62,340 nt of DNA, filler included, from Choristocarpus tenellus KU-1152 (GCA_964200185.2; 14 parts of 14 records of this genome joined end to end with filler, not necessarily neighbours in it); one strand, 5' to 3'. Positions 49,690 through 62,340 are shown, counted from the first letter of the whole stretch. Program-made: numbers and translations. The notes: generated by a model not told the origin, from the letters alone.

Positions 49690-51344
49690 CTGCTCTAAGG
49701 AAGGCCTTGGCTGTGGGCGGCTTATTGATGTCTCTCACATGCTCTGTAGAAGTTGAGCATAGGGTGGAAGGGGACTGCTGTGAGTGGAGGTTCTGATGAA
49801 AGTCAGTTAGGTGCAGCATCAAAACATTTCAAGAAGCCCATACCTAGATACTTTTATCTTAACAGCTGTTGGCCCTGCCTCATTCATGGGTTGATGGAAG
49901 CTCGGATATGATCCTGCGAAACAGTCTTGGTTCTCCGAGCATGACTACAGTATGGCACTAAGGAAGAACGTCCTCTGCCCTCCAAACATCGCATTAGCTC
50001 CTTACTTCATATATGGTCCTAGATATCAACTGGAGAAATCCCCCAAAGATGGCCACTATTCAGTCCCAAGGATTATTGTTAAGACTACTGCAGTTATCGC
50101 ACACCTCCAAAGAGTTGCAATAAATAGCTTCTCAGGTATTTGAAGTCATCAGCATGCCATGTTAGTGTCAATTTTTGTAAAGGTAATACTGGAATTTCGT
50201 ACTCAATCGAAGATACTGTGGCTAAAGGCTAGACAATCCCACCTTCATTTGATGCAGTAATGGCAGTCTACAACAAGAACTGAAGTATATATTTTGCCTT
50301 TCGCCAGACTTGTTATCTGCACCATAACTTTCAACATTCTCATGTGGTAAAAAAAAGTGGTATTTAACAATTTTACTTATCAAAAAAAAAAGTATTATAG
50401 TACGTCAGGGAGCTTGAAGTATTTCAAAATCAGGGTACAGGGTACAGACTTCTTGCAACATGGCTTCATACATTGACTGCTACAGAACCTACGAACTCAA
50501 AAATACGGTAGGTCGAGAATAGCATTCCGGAAAGAAAGCATCAGTAGAGGGCCTTAGGAGGGTAGCAAGCAGGAACTAGCAAGCAACCTTTCTGAACTCG
50601 AATCCTGAGAAATAAATCTTGGAGAGGATTTAGCAAGGGGTCGAGGAGTCCCTATCTAAAAGAGTTATGCATTGTCAGTTGTTGCAGAGTCATTTCACAA
50701 GCGTGTCAAAGGTAGGGAAGAAAATTCGAAAAAAAGTCGAAGTAATCGATGATGCCTCCACACCTCGGTTACGCTCATTTGAGGCCGAGGAGTGATCTCC
50801 TCGGTTCACCATCACTAACCTACCCTCTCACTAGTTGAAATGAAACAGATTTGTCGACTTGCCATAGATGATGCAGTCCCGGTCCCCCAGGAGCTTATTA
50901 TAGTGAGTTGGTTCGCCCTGGGTGTTCACTGTGATCTCCTTGTTGGGGAACATGGACGGGGTGAACTTGGCGCCTAAGTTGGGAACCTCACACAGCACGA
51001 TGCGGTCCAGGACCATGCTGTCACAAGGATTGGACCAGCAGATGGAAGGCCATGATCAGCAAAAGATTTATGTATGATTCCCTTCGAAGTCAATTCCAAG
51101 TCGTGACCAGTTTCTCGTTCAACCCCAACCAAACTGATGTGATCCATTTACATGCATATACACAAATATGGAATCCAGGGTTATTTTTCATCGGGTTTGA
51201 ACAATAGATTCACACAATTTCCTACCCGGACTCAGTCCTCCCCAGACCCATCGTGATTTCCTCCCCAGTCACCACACCATCCATGTTGGTGATCAGACTT
51301 TTCCGGCGTCCTGCACTCAGAACTGGTGTCGGGTTTTCCTCCAT
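49690..51344 (-). CDS. Probable ATP-dependent 6-phosphofructokinase (plant/protist type), first three exons (51344-51226, 51017-50863, 49743-49690)
   Basis: Phase-consistent splicing (one GC donor) gives ...CEVPNLGAKFTPS...LLGDRDCIIYEHVRDINKPPTAKAFLRA(G). This resembles the segment before RAGPR...AAIVTCGGLCPG in these PFKs, but the diagnostic catalytic motif is not in the contig. Confidence 0.55.
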
Positions 51345-52133
51345 TTCTATCTCTGTTTCCTGCCGAGACTGTGTTTAGAACAAATGAGAAATATACAAAT
51401 GTTGTAACGGGACTGGAGTTGCTATGAACTGATTGCAGCGTTGCCAGTTTGCAACTGTGTCTAAGGAACGCTCCGGATCCTATTTCCAAGTAGGGGGGTG
51501 GGAAGATGAAATGGTGGTGCCAATTGATGTTGGTTGAGTTTGATCGAGGAGAGAGCCAGTCTCCGCCTTGGGCATACTAAATATATCGATCGTTGTACTA
51601 TTATCGTTTATCGTTTGCCACTACTACTTCAACATTACTTCAATAATGTCAAGTCAAGTCTAACCTGTATTATATATATATGTATGTATTCAAGTAGCAT
51701 TATCTCGGCGAGTCATGCGTTTTAAGCTAGTCACCAGAGAGATGGGCAAGGAGGNNNNNNNNNNNNNNNNNNNNNNNNNNNNNNNNNNNNNNNNNNNNTT
51801 AATTAATTAANNNNNNNNNNNNNNNNNNNNNNNNNNNNNNNNNNNNNNNNNNNNGGGGGGGGTGGGGTGGGAGAGGGGCTGTTCTCATACACGGTATTTT
51901 AGGTGCATTCGCATTTAACTTTTAAAATATATATTTTTGAAAGTTACATATATATATATATATATATATATGGATATCATGTACTACTTCATCAGCAGTG
52001 CCTTAGATGCCAGCCATATGTTCTTTTTGTACAAGAAAGCTACTGTGCTCAAACCTTTATTAGAAGTAGCCTGTTGCTAAGCTGTTCGACTTGTAAATAC
52101 CTAACATCCATAGGTGTGTAGGAATGCCCATGA

Positions 52134-52412
52134 AGTAGGGAAGACAGAGCCGTCACGCAGGATATGGATAAATGCCTTCCACTATTTTTGAACTCCCTCT
52201 TTCTCTCGAGGCACTTTTCACGCTCATTTCTGAGGAGAAATACCCACGTTCTGACCTTCAGTAGGGAAGACATACCCACGTTCTGACCTTCAGTAGGGAA
52301 GACAGGGTTGAACATAGGATGTGTATAAATGCCTGCCACTGTTCTGGAAACCTCTTCTTTTGTTCAGGCGCTTTTCACGCACGTGCTAAGGAGAAACAGT
52401 CGCGTTCAGACC
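52134..52412. repeat. Diverged local duplication with an internal perfect ~32-bp tandem (TACCCACGTTCTGACCTTCAGTAGGGAAGACA x2)
   Basis: GTAGGGAAGACA occurs three times, and ATAAATGCCT..CACT...CTTTTCACGC...GGAGAAA occurs twice. Confidence 0.75.
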
Positions 52413-53280
52413 CTTAGCCTTGAGTTGACCCTTTTGGCGCGAGCCGCTCGCAGACCCTACCGGCATGTGTAACAGGGAGGAAAGCACACAATTCAAGTTT
52501 TTTGTATGTATGTATGTATGTATGTAGGTAGGTAAAGAGTTGAACTGGCATATTTACATATTTACCATCCTAGGTATCGATGGTCTCCTACGAGAATAGA
52601 TACAGATGACACTTCCTACTTACTGCACGCCCACGTTTACACTGGGGGTACAAACTGAATTGCTTGTTGTTTCTAGTCGCCGTTGCCTGTAAGTACATTG
52701 GGGAAGAGCGGTCTGGTGGTGCTACGGGCTCTCTTCGAGGGTTGATTGTTGCAGCAGGGTCCGTTGAGCTTGGAGACAATTCTGATGTTGCCCTTGGCTG
52801 CGTGTATTATCCCTTTCTGGTGTCATCCCGACGATTTTGATCATCTCACGGGTTGGGAGTGGCAGAGAGCTCATCCAACGTCCGCCCTATCTATCTATAT
52901 CTTTTTAGGTATGTACGTTATGTGGTATGTGTGTGTTTGTTTGTGGAAGTAAATGCTCTGTAGTATGTATATATATATAGCATGTTTGTTTGTTCTTGTA
53001 CATACATGGAGCACTAGGATCGGCATATACACATATGGTATATACACATACATATGTGCAGTTCTCATGTTAAGAAAGTGAGTGCATCGCAGTGTGGTAC
53101 TCTAGTTTCAACTTACGAAGTTTTCCGTGATCGTAGACAAGAGGCGTCTATGTTACTGCGGACCATTCCCCCTAACAGTCTGTACTGCTCTCTGAATTCT
53201 TATCTCTACACTGCTGCCATGTGCCTCTCTACATGCCCAAAGCCGCTTCTATTATAGCATGGGTGTGTGGGCCTGGGTCT

Positions 53281-53535
53281 GAGTCAAAGTATCTTAGGGT
53301 TAGGGTAGAGCCGCGTCCGTTTGGGGGGCCAAAATCCAATGTTGCGATTTTGATGTAATTTTGGCTACCGTGTTTTTGTTGGGAAGAGTCAATATCCTTG
53401 TTCCAGACACACCTGTACATAACATACACATTTTACCTACTCTGAAACATTTCAGAGCAGGAAAATGTCGTAACAAACCCGTGGGAAGCCAAGCCCCATA
53501 CGGACAAACAGGGCAAATCGTGTACCCTCTAAGAC
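53281..53535 (+). mobile_element. MITE family A copy with a telomeric insertion in the left TIR
   Basis: GAGTCAAAGTATCTTAGGGTTAGGGTAGAG ... GTACCCTCTAAGA. Confidence 0.88.
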
Positions 53536-53614
53536 GCCTTGCCTTCGCTCTCTGTTTTCCCTGTGGACTTGTGCCTGCATGTGTGTATATATATTTGTGT
53601 GTATGTGCATGTAA

Positions 53615-53845
<231 letters not shown>

Positions 53846-54402
53846 TAAAAAAGAGCTGACACAAGCCAATGCTGGGCCCTAATTGAATACAGGGCCGTGA
53901 TGAACTACAGGAGAGCAAATATCTCAAGGCTCTCTTACGCAGGCGTGCGTCACAATCAATTTTGTTCTAGTCTTAAGTAGAGCTATGTTGGAAAGATGAG
54001 ATGAACGACAGTTTTATTTTTTGTAGCTTAAAATCACTCGTTTTTTTTAAAAATAAAACGCACATCACTCAAGAAAACTTGCTTTTTTTTAAGTTTTGAC
54101 TTTTATTTATTTGCAACATGATTTTTTTTTTTTGCTGACAAAAAAGGAACTTGACTGGATTCTCACTGCTACCCAAGGGATAGATGTCACGATGTAGTAT
54201 GTATCCGAGATGTACTACTACAAACATCTTTGGCCCTAACCCTTACAGTAGTAGATACGGGTAGAAACGCCCTAGAGATCAACACCTCCCAGATTCCCTC
54301 CCCCCTCTACAAGATCTGTATGAACATATATAATAATTTATGTTTTTTTGTGTGATTCGATACAACTGCACAAAAATCAATAGTGTCATTTATGAAATTG
54401 CT

Positions 54403-54456
54403 TATACCCTTAGTGGTCAATATACCCTTAGTGGTCAATATACCCTTAGTGGTCAA
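54403..54456. repeat. Tandem repeat, 3 x 18 bp (TATACCCTTAGTGGTCAA)
   Basis: Read directly. Confidence 0.95.
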
Positions 54457-54877
54457 CATCATAACATTACGCTGTTGCTCTGCCCGCCCATTGTTTCCAT
54501 TGCCCTACGCATCTGTTGCAACCACAAAAAAAAAATGCAGTCGATTCACTTCGCTGTTACAGTTACAGGTTTGTTACACTGTTACAGTTACAGGTTTCAA
54601 AAGTTACAGTCACAGGTTTCAAAAGCGCGTGTTAAGTTTGGTCCGTTATTATACAACAAAACCCTGCAGTCGGAGGTCTAGAACACACCAATGGCAACCA
54701 TAAAGACAATGGGAGAAATGAAATGTGCAAGACTGTCCCAAAGTATCTGGGGGGGGGGGGCGATCTACACCAGGGAGNNNNNNNNNNNNNNNNNNNNNNN
54801 NNNNNNNNNNNNNNNNNNNNNTTAATTAATTAANNNNNNNNNNNNNNNNNNNNNNNNNNNNNNNNNNNNNNNNNNNN

Positions 54878-54932
54878 AAGCCCCAAATGGACAAACAGGG
54901 CAAAACTCGTACCCTCTAAGATACTTTCACTC
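54878..54932 (+). mobile_element. MITE family A right end (contig start)
   Basis: CCAAATGGACAAACAGGGCAAAACTCGTACCCTCTAAGATACTTTCACTC. Confidence 0.9.
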
Positions 54933-56755
54933 TCCTCCTCCTCCTCAAACCTTCAGAAGTAGGACTGCTCCTAGCCCTGGGTCTTGCCCCAACAAAAGAT
55001 CTGGTCTCAACCTCAGAAGGACCCCCACCCTGGCAGTTGCTCGCCACCTGGGAGTCTTTCCCCACCTCCAAGGTATTGCCTCCACAAAAGGACTCTCCTG
55101 ACTGGAATTGGTCCTCCACAGCAACAGAGGTTTCCCCTTCCTCATAGGCACCACTACCCACACGGGTGATCTCGGTCTCTGAGCCTTCTCCTCCCCCCAC
55201 CATATCCTCCCCCAAGGACCCATCACCACCCTGGATGACTTTGCGTACCACAAGGGGGGATGGTCCTCTGGCATCAGGCCTGTAGCTGCAGGCCCTGCTC
55301 CTGCCCTTTCCCCTGGCCCTAGGGGCTGCTCCAGCCCGAGCCATTGCCCTGGCCTTCGTGATACCCCTCCAGAGGACTATCCCAGCAATGCTGATACCAC
55401 AAACCAGGTATGGGAGAGACGCTTGGTAGCTGTGCATCATGTGGTCGGAGGAGCAGGGGGTCAAGGGGGAAAGGAAAGGAGTAGAGGTCAGCCCAAGTGA
55501 ACCCAGGAATCAAGTTGACAAGATTTGTTGATGATCCTTCAAAGAGTGATAGATCTAGCGTTCTATCCTGGAGGAATGCTGCCAATTGGTGGGGGTGACC
55601 ATCTAAGAAGAGGGATAACCCGCCCAGATAACACCCATCTCATGCCCGGCTTAGTTTTGAGGAAGTATGCAAACAACATCCCCAGGGTGGCATAATGTGA
55701 ATTCTAGCATGAGTGAATAAAAACAGAGGTATCTGAGCATTATGATATCATGTTTTGTGCTTCATATTCCTTGAAAGATAGTTTCCCTACGTTAAACAAT
55801 CATGCATGCCGTTGGGAATACATCTTGGCAGAAAAAAGGAAGCACAAACATTTTCCATTGCCCAGGTCCAGGTGAATCTGGTAGGACCTACTCCTCAGAA
55901 CTTCATGGACTCGGACATCTTTACTCAACCAATTAATCGAGTTTCTTATCCACAATCAAAACTTGACAGGACCTCCAAAAAAATGTCTACAATACAATCC
56001 ACATGTGAGTTCTAGATAGAGGTATGTGAGGCCTCGAATATGGAGAGAGAAGAGGTTGGATTGGGAAGGGGAGGAACGGCAGGTACAGTGATCACCATAT
56101 TTCACTATTAAGGGGACGATGGAGAGGTAGGGGTCAGTCATTGACTAAGGGATATGTACAGGGGCCTAGGGAAAATTCAGCCCAAGACCAATAATCAGCA
56201 ATAGAGCAATGGAATAAAACTTTGCCTGGTAGTATATTGTGTGTATTGGCAATATACATATGAATATGAACATGGACAAATCTTTCCTAGAGAAGGTACA
56301 GTCACAGGATTCCCTTCAGATGAGTAAAATCAAATTAAAGTAGGTGTCCCGTACCCAACTTCTCCCAACAATATGAGCCCCTCTCTTCAACCTCCAAACC
56401 CAGCGAGGTATGGCCTCAACCAGGGCACCGTTCCCTTCATATAGAGTACTCTTGACTGGAGCATGGCCACACACCCTACAACAATACAGCTAGCTTAATT
56501 GAAAGCCGAACACAAACTTCAATACCCCCCTCTTAGTCAGCCCTGGCCCTAGTCATTGTGTGAAGTCTTCATTGAGTCTTTGTTGCATGAGAACACGCAA
56601 AATATGCAATACTAAGTACAAGATAGCAGCATTCCCACTGATCCTACCTAGGGGGCTGCTCACATGGCCCCCTCTCCAAACCAAGTCCTAGCTGGAGGTT
56701 CCTGCTCCAGCCAAGAAGGCACTGTCAGCTTGTACTGGCCTAAAGGCAAGTGAGG
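54916..56755 (-). CDS. Hypothetical membrane protein, candidate exons 56755-56664, 56475-56355 and 55429-54916
   Basis: The first two exons join in phase (PHLPLGQYKLTVPSWLEQ...GEGAM-VCGHAPVKSTLYEG...). The last has a strong pyrimidine tract/CAG acceptor, a hydrophobic stretch LPYLVCGISIAGIVLW and a long open G/S/E-rich tail. The linking exon was not resolved. Confidence 0.4.
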
Positions 56756-59008
56756 CTACATGGTGTGCAGTCATGTATTGAATCGGATGCCCAACAGAAA
56801 ATGTCCAAGCAAGATGGCAAGAGGAGAATGAATGGATGGGGGTATTGCAGGGTCAGAGAAAAGTAAAAATTGTACATTGGGCCAGATCATCTGGCATCAA
56901 AGGTGAGTTCAGAAAAGGAGGATCTATAGAAGGAACTGCCCTGGACATGGATTGTATTATGGTCAGCACACAAATCAAGGACAAGGAGGCTGATAGGTCA
57001 TTAGCACACCAATAGAGGAGGTGTTGGTTCCCTTGGGAGTAGTACGTGGAGCCAAAAAGGTCGCAACAGTATTTTTTTGTGTTTGAAATTATAGTTTGGT
57101 GCAAAAGTGGTCCAGTGCCTGGTTAGTTTCTCATGCACAGTCTCTCTCATTGGACATTCATACCAGAGTGGCCTAACTTGTGCACAATTGTAGACAAGAA
57201 AATCACAAGCTTGACTCCTTCCTGACATCTCCAACAGGGCACTGCACTCTATTAATACCACGCCATATTCCACTTGCTGAAGAGGTTCTTGAATTTCAAG
57301 AATCATTCATTGCTCAGATCTCTCACCCTCTAAGTGTGCATCTGATGCCTGGCAGAGTAGGGTGTGTACAATACATTGATCAACTAGACGTAGGCACACT
57401 CTGGGGTTTAGAGTGCGGATTGTTTTTTTTATTTCCGGGGGGGGGGGGGGGGGGGGGTGTGGGGGGTGCGGGGGGGGGGCGGAGGGGGGCGGGGCTGAAA
57501 TCCCCTCACCCNNNNNNNNNNNNNNNNNNNNNNNNNNNNNNNNNNNNNNNNNNNNTTAATTAATTAANNNNNNNNNNNNNNNNNNNNNNNNNNNNNNNNN
57601 NNNNNNNNNNNCTATCACATAATCCACCAGTGGTGTCTATAGTGTATCAGCAGCACTATCTACGAACAGAAGACCGCATCCCAACCATCTAATTTCGGCA
57701 ATACAATATACCTTCATTCCATCAACACAACCCACCAACACAACTCAACCTCCTTCCCCAAGAAATTCGCTCCTATGTACACACTTATTTACGTTACAGT
57801 ACGTAAACTGCTCAGATACTGCGTGAAGGTAGGTTCCTTAACATACACAGAGCTTAACACCCATATCTGATTTTCAAATCTTCAACACCGAATCTTCAAC
57901 TTGATCCAACCCCTCCAACTTACTTTATTAATTGGTTTTTGTCTTGACACATAATTTTACGATCTCTGAGGCGACGCACCCTCTTCCACAAGGACCAACC
58001 ATCTCTAGTTATGTTCTTCATTAATCCTCCCCCACACAAAATTAATAGTTTGCCCCTTTTCCAATAGTCTACGATCTATCCCAGCCCAATCAATGTGAGA
58101 AACACCAAAACGACCACCTGTACGTACGTCTCAGTTTGTATCAGACTCACTTTACACTTTTCCTGTACTACGTTTCATCAATCTTTTTGTTCATCATACA
58201 TACGGTCTGGTACTGTTACTCCTATTATTGTCAACAGATGGAAATGCTGCACTGCAAAAGATCTTTTATATTGCACTTCAGCTGTTCATGGCTTGCTTCT
58301 AGCGCGTTGGGTTCAACAGCCATCCCACCTCCCATCACTCCACCTCGCCCTCCATCGAATCCTTAGAAGAACAGTTGTTCTGGGTCTAGTTACCTCGCTT
58401 TGAGTTTCCTTTTTTTGTGATATAGTGAAAGATAGGCAGATGTATAGTTATGATCGAAATCAGATATCCCTGAAAAGAAATCTGGTAGTTGAGGTTATGA
58501 ATATATCAAATTATTGGTGGGAACACTGTTCATTAATCATCGATAACTACAACCATTTTATTGCCTGAATCCTTATACTATAGAGGTAATCCTGAGTATA
58601 TAGTAGTAGTGAGTATATTAATACAAGAATTTACCACACCTGTGATAGCCACCTTCCAGCCAGGGTGTAACTTTAAAGTGCCCTTCCTTTTAGAAGATAT
58701 ACCTCAAGGACTGTTGCCTCATATGACATCAGCATTTGCTTCCTGATGACGTCAACATCAGGTTTTTGGGAGGAGCTTGCAAGCCCCCTCATTCACTTTC
58801 CCTGTTCACTCCTTCTTCTCTCTGACCGACCTTCTAAGGGTTGCTCACCCTCCTGCCTTGTCTCTCCCTTCCATTGCTCCCTGTGGGTGGGTCTTCCCGT
58901 TCCACTTCAGTTTGAAGAACCTGTCTCTCAGATTCCAAGTGTTCAACAAATCTAAACATACATAAATATAAAGTACTCCAAAGTATATGGTTAGCTGTAA
59001 CCGAAATA

Positions 59009-61456
59009 GTGTTGATCGTACCTCTATCTTCCTACCAAATATTCTTTCGTCTCACATCGCATTTTCGCGTAAATCTCACGGAAGAAGAAGCAATTACAGG
59101 CTTAAAGGTCGCGATAGGCTGTGGATGGCACGGGGTATATTTGTCACCTCCGACACATCATCTCTACATCTGCCCCCTGTATGCAGGTATCCGGATATGT
59201 TATGTCAGAAAATGTCCACACAGTCTCAAGATCCACAAAATCTGGAAAGCTCTATCGACTCGGTTTTTGAACTCCTTGGTGTCAAATAAATGGGTTGGGA
59301 GTTCAAAACAATCGGTAGTGCGCTTTTGTGCCACCTCTGCTGTCAACCTATAGGGTAGAGCGCATATTACAGGAAGCCAGGAAGGGCTTACGAGAACCAT
59401 GGCATGGACAGAATGCAGAAAATCGATCGATAACTGAAGGCGTGAGGCTGGCCAACCTCTACGGTGAGAGCTTGGAAATTGCACTCATGAGGAAGGGTTT
59501 GGCCATGAGAGGCCGACAACATACTAGGACCCTCGGAACTCTTGCATGTGATGAAGCCCATCTTTCCACCGATCGATCCCCCTCCAAGGCTGCGACTGGA
59601 AAGAAGAGAAAGAGGAGAAAGAAGCAGGCGTTGCGCCGCGCCCTCGCAAAGGTTACCCAGGCGGCAAGACAGTACAACACGTGAGGGAGGCGAAGAATTG
59701 GCTGCTAACAAAGAGACAATTACATTGACTGAGTGATGGAGAGATTCAAGTCGAAGAAGAAAATATAGAGTCGAAGAATGATGTGCAACAGCAGCTGACC
59801 GATGCTTTCTCACCCAGTACTGTTTGGTTTGATACAATTTTAAGGAACTTTTCAAAGGCACTGAAGGCGTTTGAAGGGCCACCTTTAGGACCACAGGATG
59901 TGAAGGACCTCCTTATACGCAACTTTCGTGTTTTTCTCACTGACTCCGAGGCAAGGGTGTTCATCGAGCACCTCAACAAGGTTAGTATGATACGGGAAAA
60001 CTACTTGAATACCTGTGGGTAACACAACAAATATGTCGACGGGGTGGAGAAATCTTTTTGGTCAATGAGGCATGCTAACATCATGTGCTGCGTAGTTCGA
60101 TCCCTGACCCATATGTTCCCGAATAATCAATGTAACCAAGCATTCTTTGGGCTTGTAACATGTCAAACCTCTGCGACACTTTTTTAGTGCTTCTTCAGTC
60201 AGATCCTGACAAATCCACGGCTCTTAAGTTAATCCATGGTGCTTTATTCTCTAACAGCAGAGACCGGTTGTTCGCTGAATGCCATAGTAGTGCATAACCA
60301 AGCAAAGAAAAGCTGACCAAATATTACTTTGAAGTAACAAGAGAGTTGTCAGCACAATCCAATGAAGAAGCTGATTAAATCAAATATGTACTGAGTCAAA
60401 GTATCTTAGAGGGTAGACCCGCGTCCATTTAGGGGGCAAAATCCAATGTTGCGATTTTGACATAATTTTGGCTGTCGTGTTTGTTAGGAAGTGTCAATAT
60501 CCTTGTTCCGGACATACCTTTTCATAACATACACATTTTACCCACTCCGAAATATTGGACTAGGAAAATGTCATAAAAAAAAACAAGGGAAGCCAAGCCC
60601 CAAATGGACAAATAGGGTAAAACTCGTACTCTCTAAGATACTTTTCACTACTGTGACTCCCTAGGACCCCAGCAGCGTCTGTATAGAACATGGTAAGTTC
60701 AGGCATGCCTTTATAAGGATCGTATGGGAGATCAGGAAGAGAGATTGCCATGAGCAAGAGGAACTGGTCAGGAGAAGAGCAAGAAGAGTGGCCAATCACA
60801 GTGCAATCAAGCTTGTAGATGCCAACCAGGCAAGAACAATCATACTCTGTGTGTGTGAGGTTTAGCTTGGTGCATATGCGCTATACTGTACAGTAGAATC
60901 AACGGATGTGAATTTTATGTTTTAATGTGGATGCGTTTGTGTGTGCAAGGGCAGTTTGTGTAATATTTCCTCTGTCCAATAGTACTGAAGAAAGAGTCAC
61001 TAGATCATAATAGGGGAGCAAACTCTGTTGGTGCGTAGGCTTTGATGTCTTGTAACTTGACAATTTTTCACACCCAACCATCACGCCGTGACTCACCTGT
61101 TTAGACATCACTGTGTATGGCTATATGAGGTTACCATTAATGAAATGTATACCAGATGTGGCATTCTTGTGCAGGTCAAAGCTCCCACTCAGAGTGTACC
61201 TTTGAGTGTGCAGCTTCAACAGCAAGGCCAGATAAGCAATCTCAAGGACACGTGATTTGCCATCTGGTCACCAAAATTGTGCAGTATGTATCCTGAGCAA
61301 AAATCTAATGGCATCCTCTTCATCTCTTCACTTTTATGCATACACTATATATTGGTTGCCTTCATTGTAGGACGCTTATAGGGATTTTTCTGTGGAAAAT
61401 CTGGACCAAGCACTGCAGAAGTTGAAGCTGGCAGCCATCAATTACACCCAACGAAG
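59009..61456 (+). CDS. Repeat protein with degenerate EF-hand-like modules, partial. Exons include 59354-59680, 59845-59980, 60665-60829, 61371-61456 (5' exons uncertain)
   Basis: Internal repeats ALAKVTQAARQY / ALQKLKLAAINY and FRVNLTEEEA / FRVFLTDSEA. Phase-consistent joins give ..FIEHLNK-DPSSVCIEHGKFRHAF.., an EF-hand-like helix-loop-helix without canonical Ca ligands. Confidence 0.6.
60393..60648 (+). mobile_element. MITE family A, full-length 256 bp, TACT on both flanks, intronic
   Basis: GAGTCAAAGTATCTTAGAGGGTA ... TACTCTCTAAGATACTTTTCAC. It ends 16 nt before the exon start at 60665. Confidence 0.9.
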
Positions 61457-61675
61457 GTTAGAGTCTCAGGGGTAGCTTGTGCATAGCAACAATGTGTTTG
61501 GAGCCCAGCTCAAGACTAGGTTAGGTATTTTTGTTGAAAATAAGGTACTGGGCCAATGTCATTGACCCTGTTCCTGATATTGAGAGTGCTGTAGATAACC
61601 CTTGCCAATGCCGCCAAATCCACAACATGCCACTTTCTATTGTTGTAGCTACTGGTCTATGTCCCAACTCCATGT

Positions 61676-62178
61676 GAGTCAAAGTATCTTAGAGGGTAGA
61701 ACCCCGTTCGTTTGGGGGCCAATGAAAGTATCTAAGAGGGCACGAGTTTTGCCCTGTTTGTCCATTTGGGGCTTGGCTTCCCATTTTTTTAAAAATGACA
61801 TTTTCCTACTCCAAAATGTTTCGGAGTAGGTAAAATGCATACGTTATGAAAAGGTGTGTCCAGAACAAGACATTGACACTTCCTAACAAACACGATAACC
61901 AATACTACATCAAAATCGCAACATTGGATTGTGGCCAACAAATGGACGCGAATATACCCTCTAAGATACTTTGGCTCCAAAATCCAATGTTGCAATTTCG
62001 ATGTAATTTTGGCTATTGTGTTTGTTAGGAAGTCTCAATATCCACACCTTTTCATAACGTATATACATTTTACCTACTCCGAAATGTATTGGAGTAGGTA
62101 AAATGTCATTAAAAAACCCGCGGGAAGCCAAGCCCCGAATGGACAAACAGGGCAAAGCTCGTACCCTCCAAGATACGT
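61676..62178. mobile_element. Nested MITE family A: an inverted copy (~61722-61977) inserted inside a forward copy
   Basis: The forward copy stops after TTTGGGGGCCAA and resumes at CAAAATCCAATGTTGC. A full inverted copy with both TIRs lies between. Confidence 0.85.
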
Positions 62179-62291
62179 TCCCTCTACAAATTGCTAGGGA
62201 AATCACCTGATGTGAAGTTAGGCCTTATCTCAAATGTGGTGGAGAGGGCAAGGACTGAGGTATTTGGGGCAGTAACTTTGCTTGTGACATT

Positions 62292-62340
62292 GAGTGAAAG
62301 TATCTTAGAGGGTACGAGTTTTCCCCTGTTTGTCCATTTG
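62292..62340 (-). mobile_element. MITE family A end, cut by window end
   Basis: GAGTGAAAGTATCTTAGAGGGTACGAGTTTTCCCCTGTTTGTCCATTTG. Confidence 0.9.

Noticed and set aside
60040-60120. GTTCGATCCC B-box-like motif (tRNA/SINE)
   Set aside because: No cloverleaf and only a weak A-box. No tRNA or rRNA gene could be supported anywhere in the window.

Overview
Eukaryotic, intron-rich draft DNA. It is most likely a brown alga or a close stramenopile relative; this is inferred from the gene structure, TTAGGG repeats, an NB-ARC gene and the transposon types. The window is not one locus. It is 14 short contigs joined by 13 artificial 100-bp linkers (44 N + TTAATTAATTAA + 44 N), so adjacency across linkers means nothing, and most six-frame ORFs are noise. 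Hand-splicing with phase-consistent GT/GC-AG junctions recovers one near-complete 6-exon gene of a conserved putative glycosyltransferase family. It also recovers partial genes for an NB-ARC (APAF-1-like STAND) NTPase, UDP-sugar pyrophosphorylase, polo-like kinase (polo-box), RuvB-like 1, an AlaX-type tRNA-editing protein, a probable ATP-PFK N-terminus, an EF-hand-like repeat protein and several hypothetical genes. Mobile DNA comprises a dead Ty3/Gypsy element, a dead DD39D mariner, three 3' ends of an RLE-type LINE, a hAT-like insertion and two related MITE families (about 15 full or partial copies). I found no clear new multi-gene system. The best leads are the NB-ARC receptor, a minisatellite made of duplicated splice acceptors, telomeric hexamers inside MITE TIRs and introns, the Sola2-like MITE pair, and a mosaic CpG depletion pattern.
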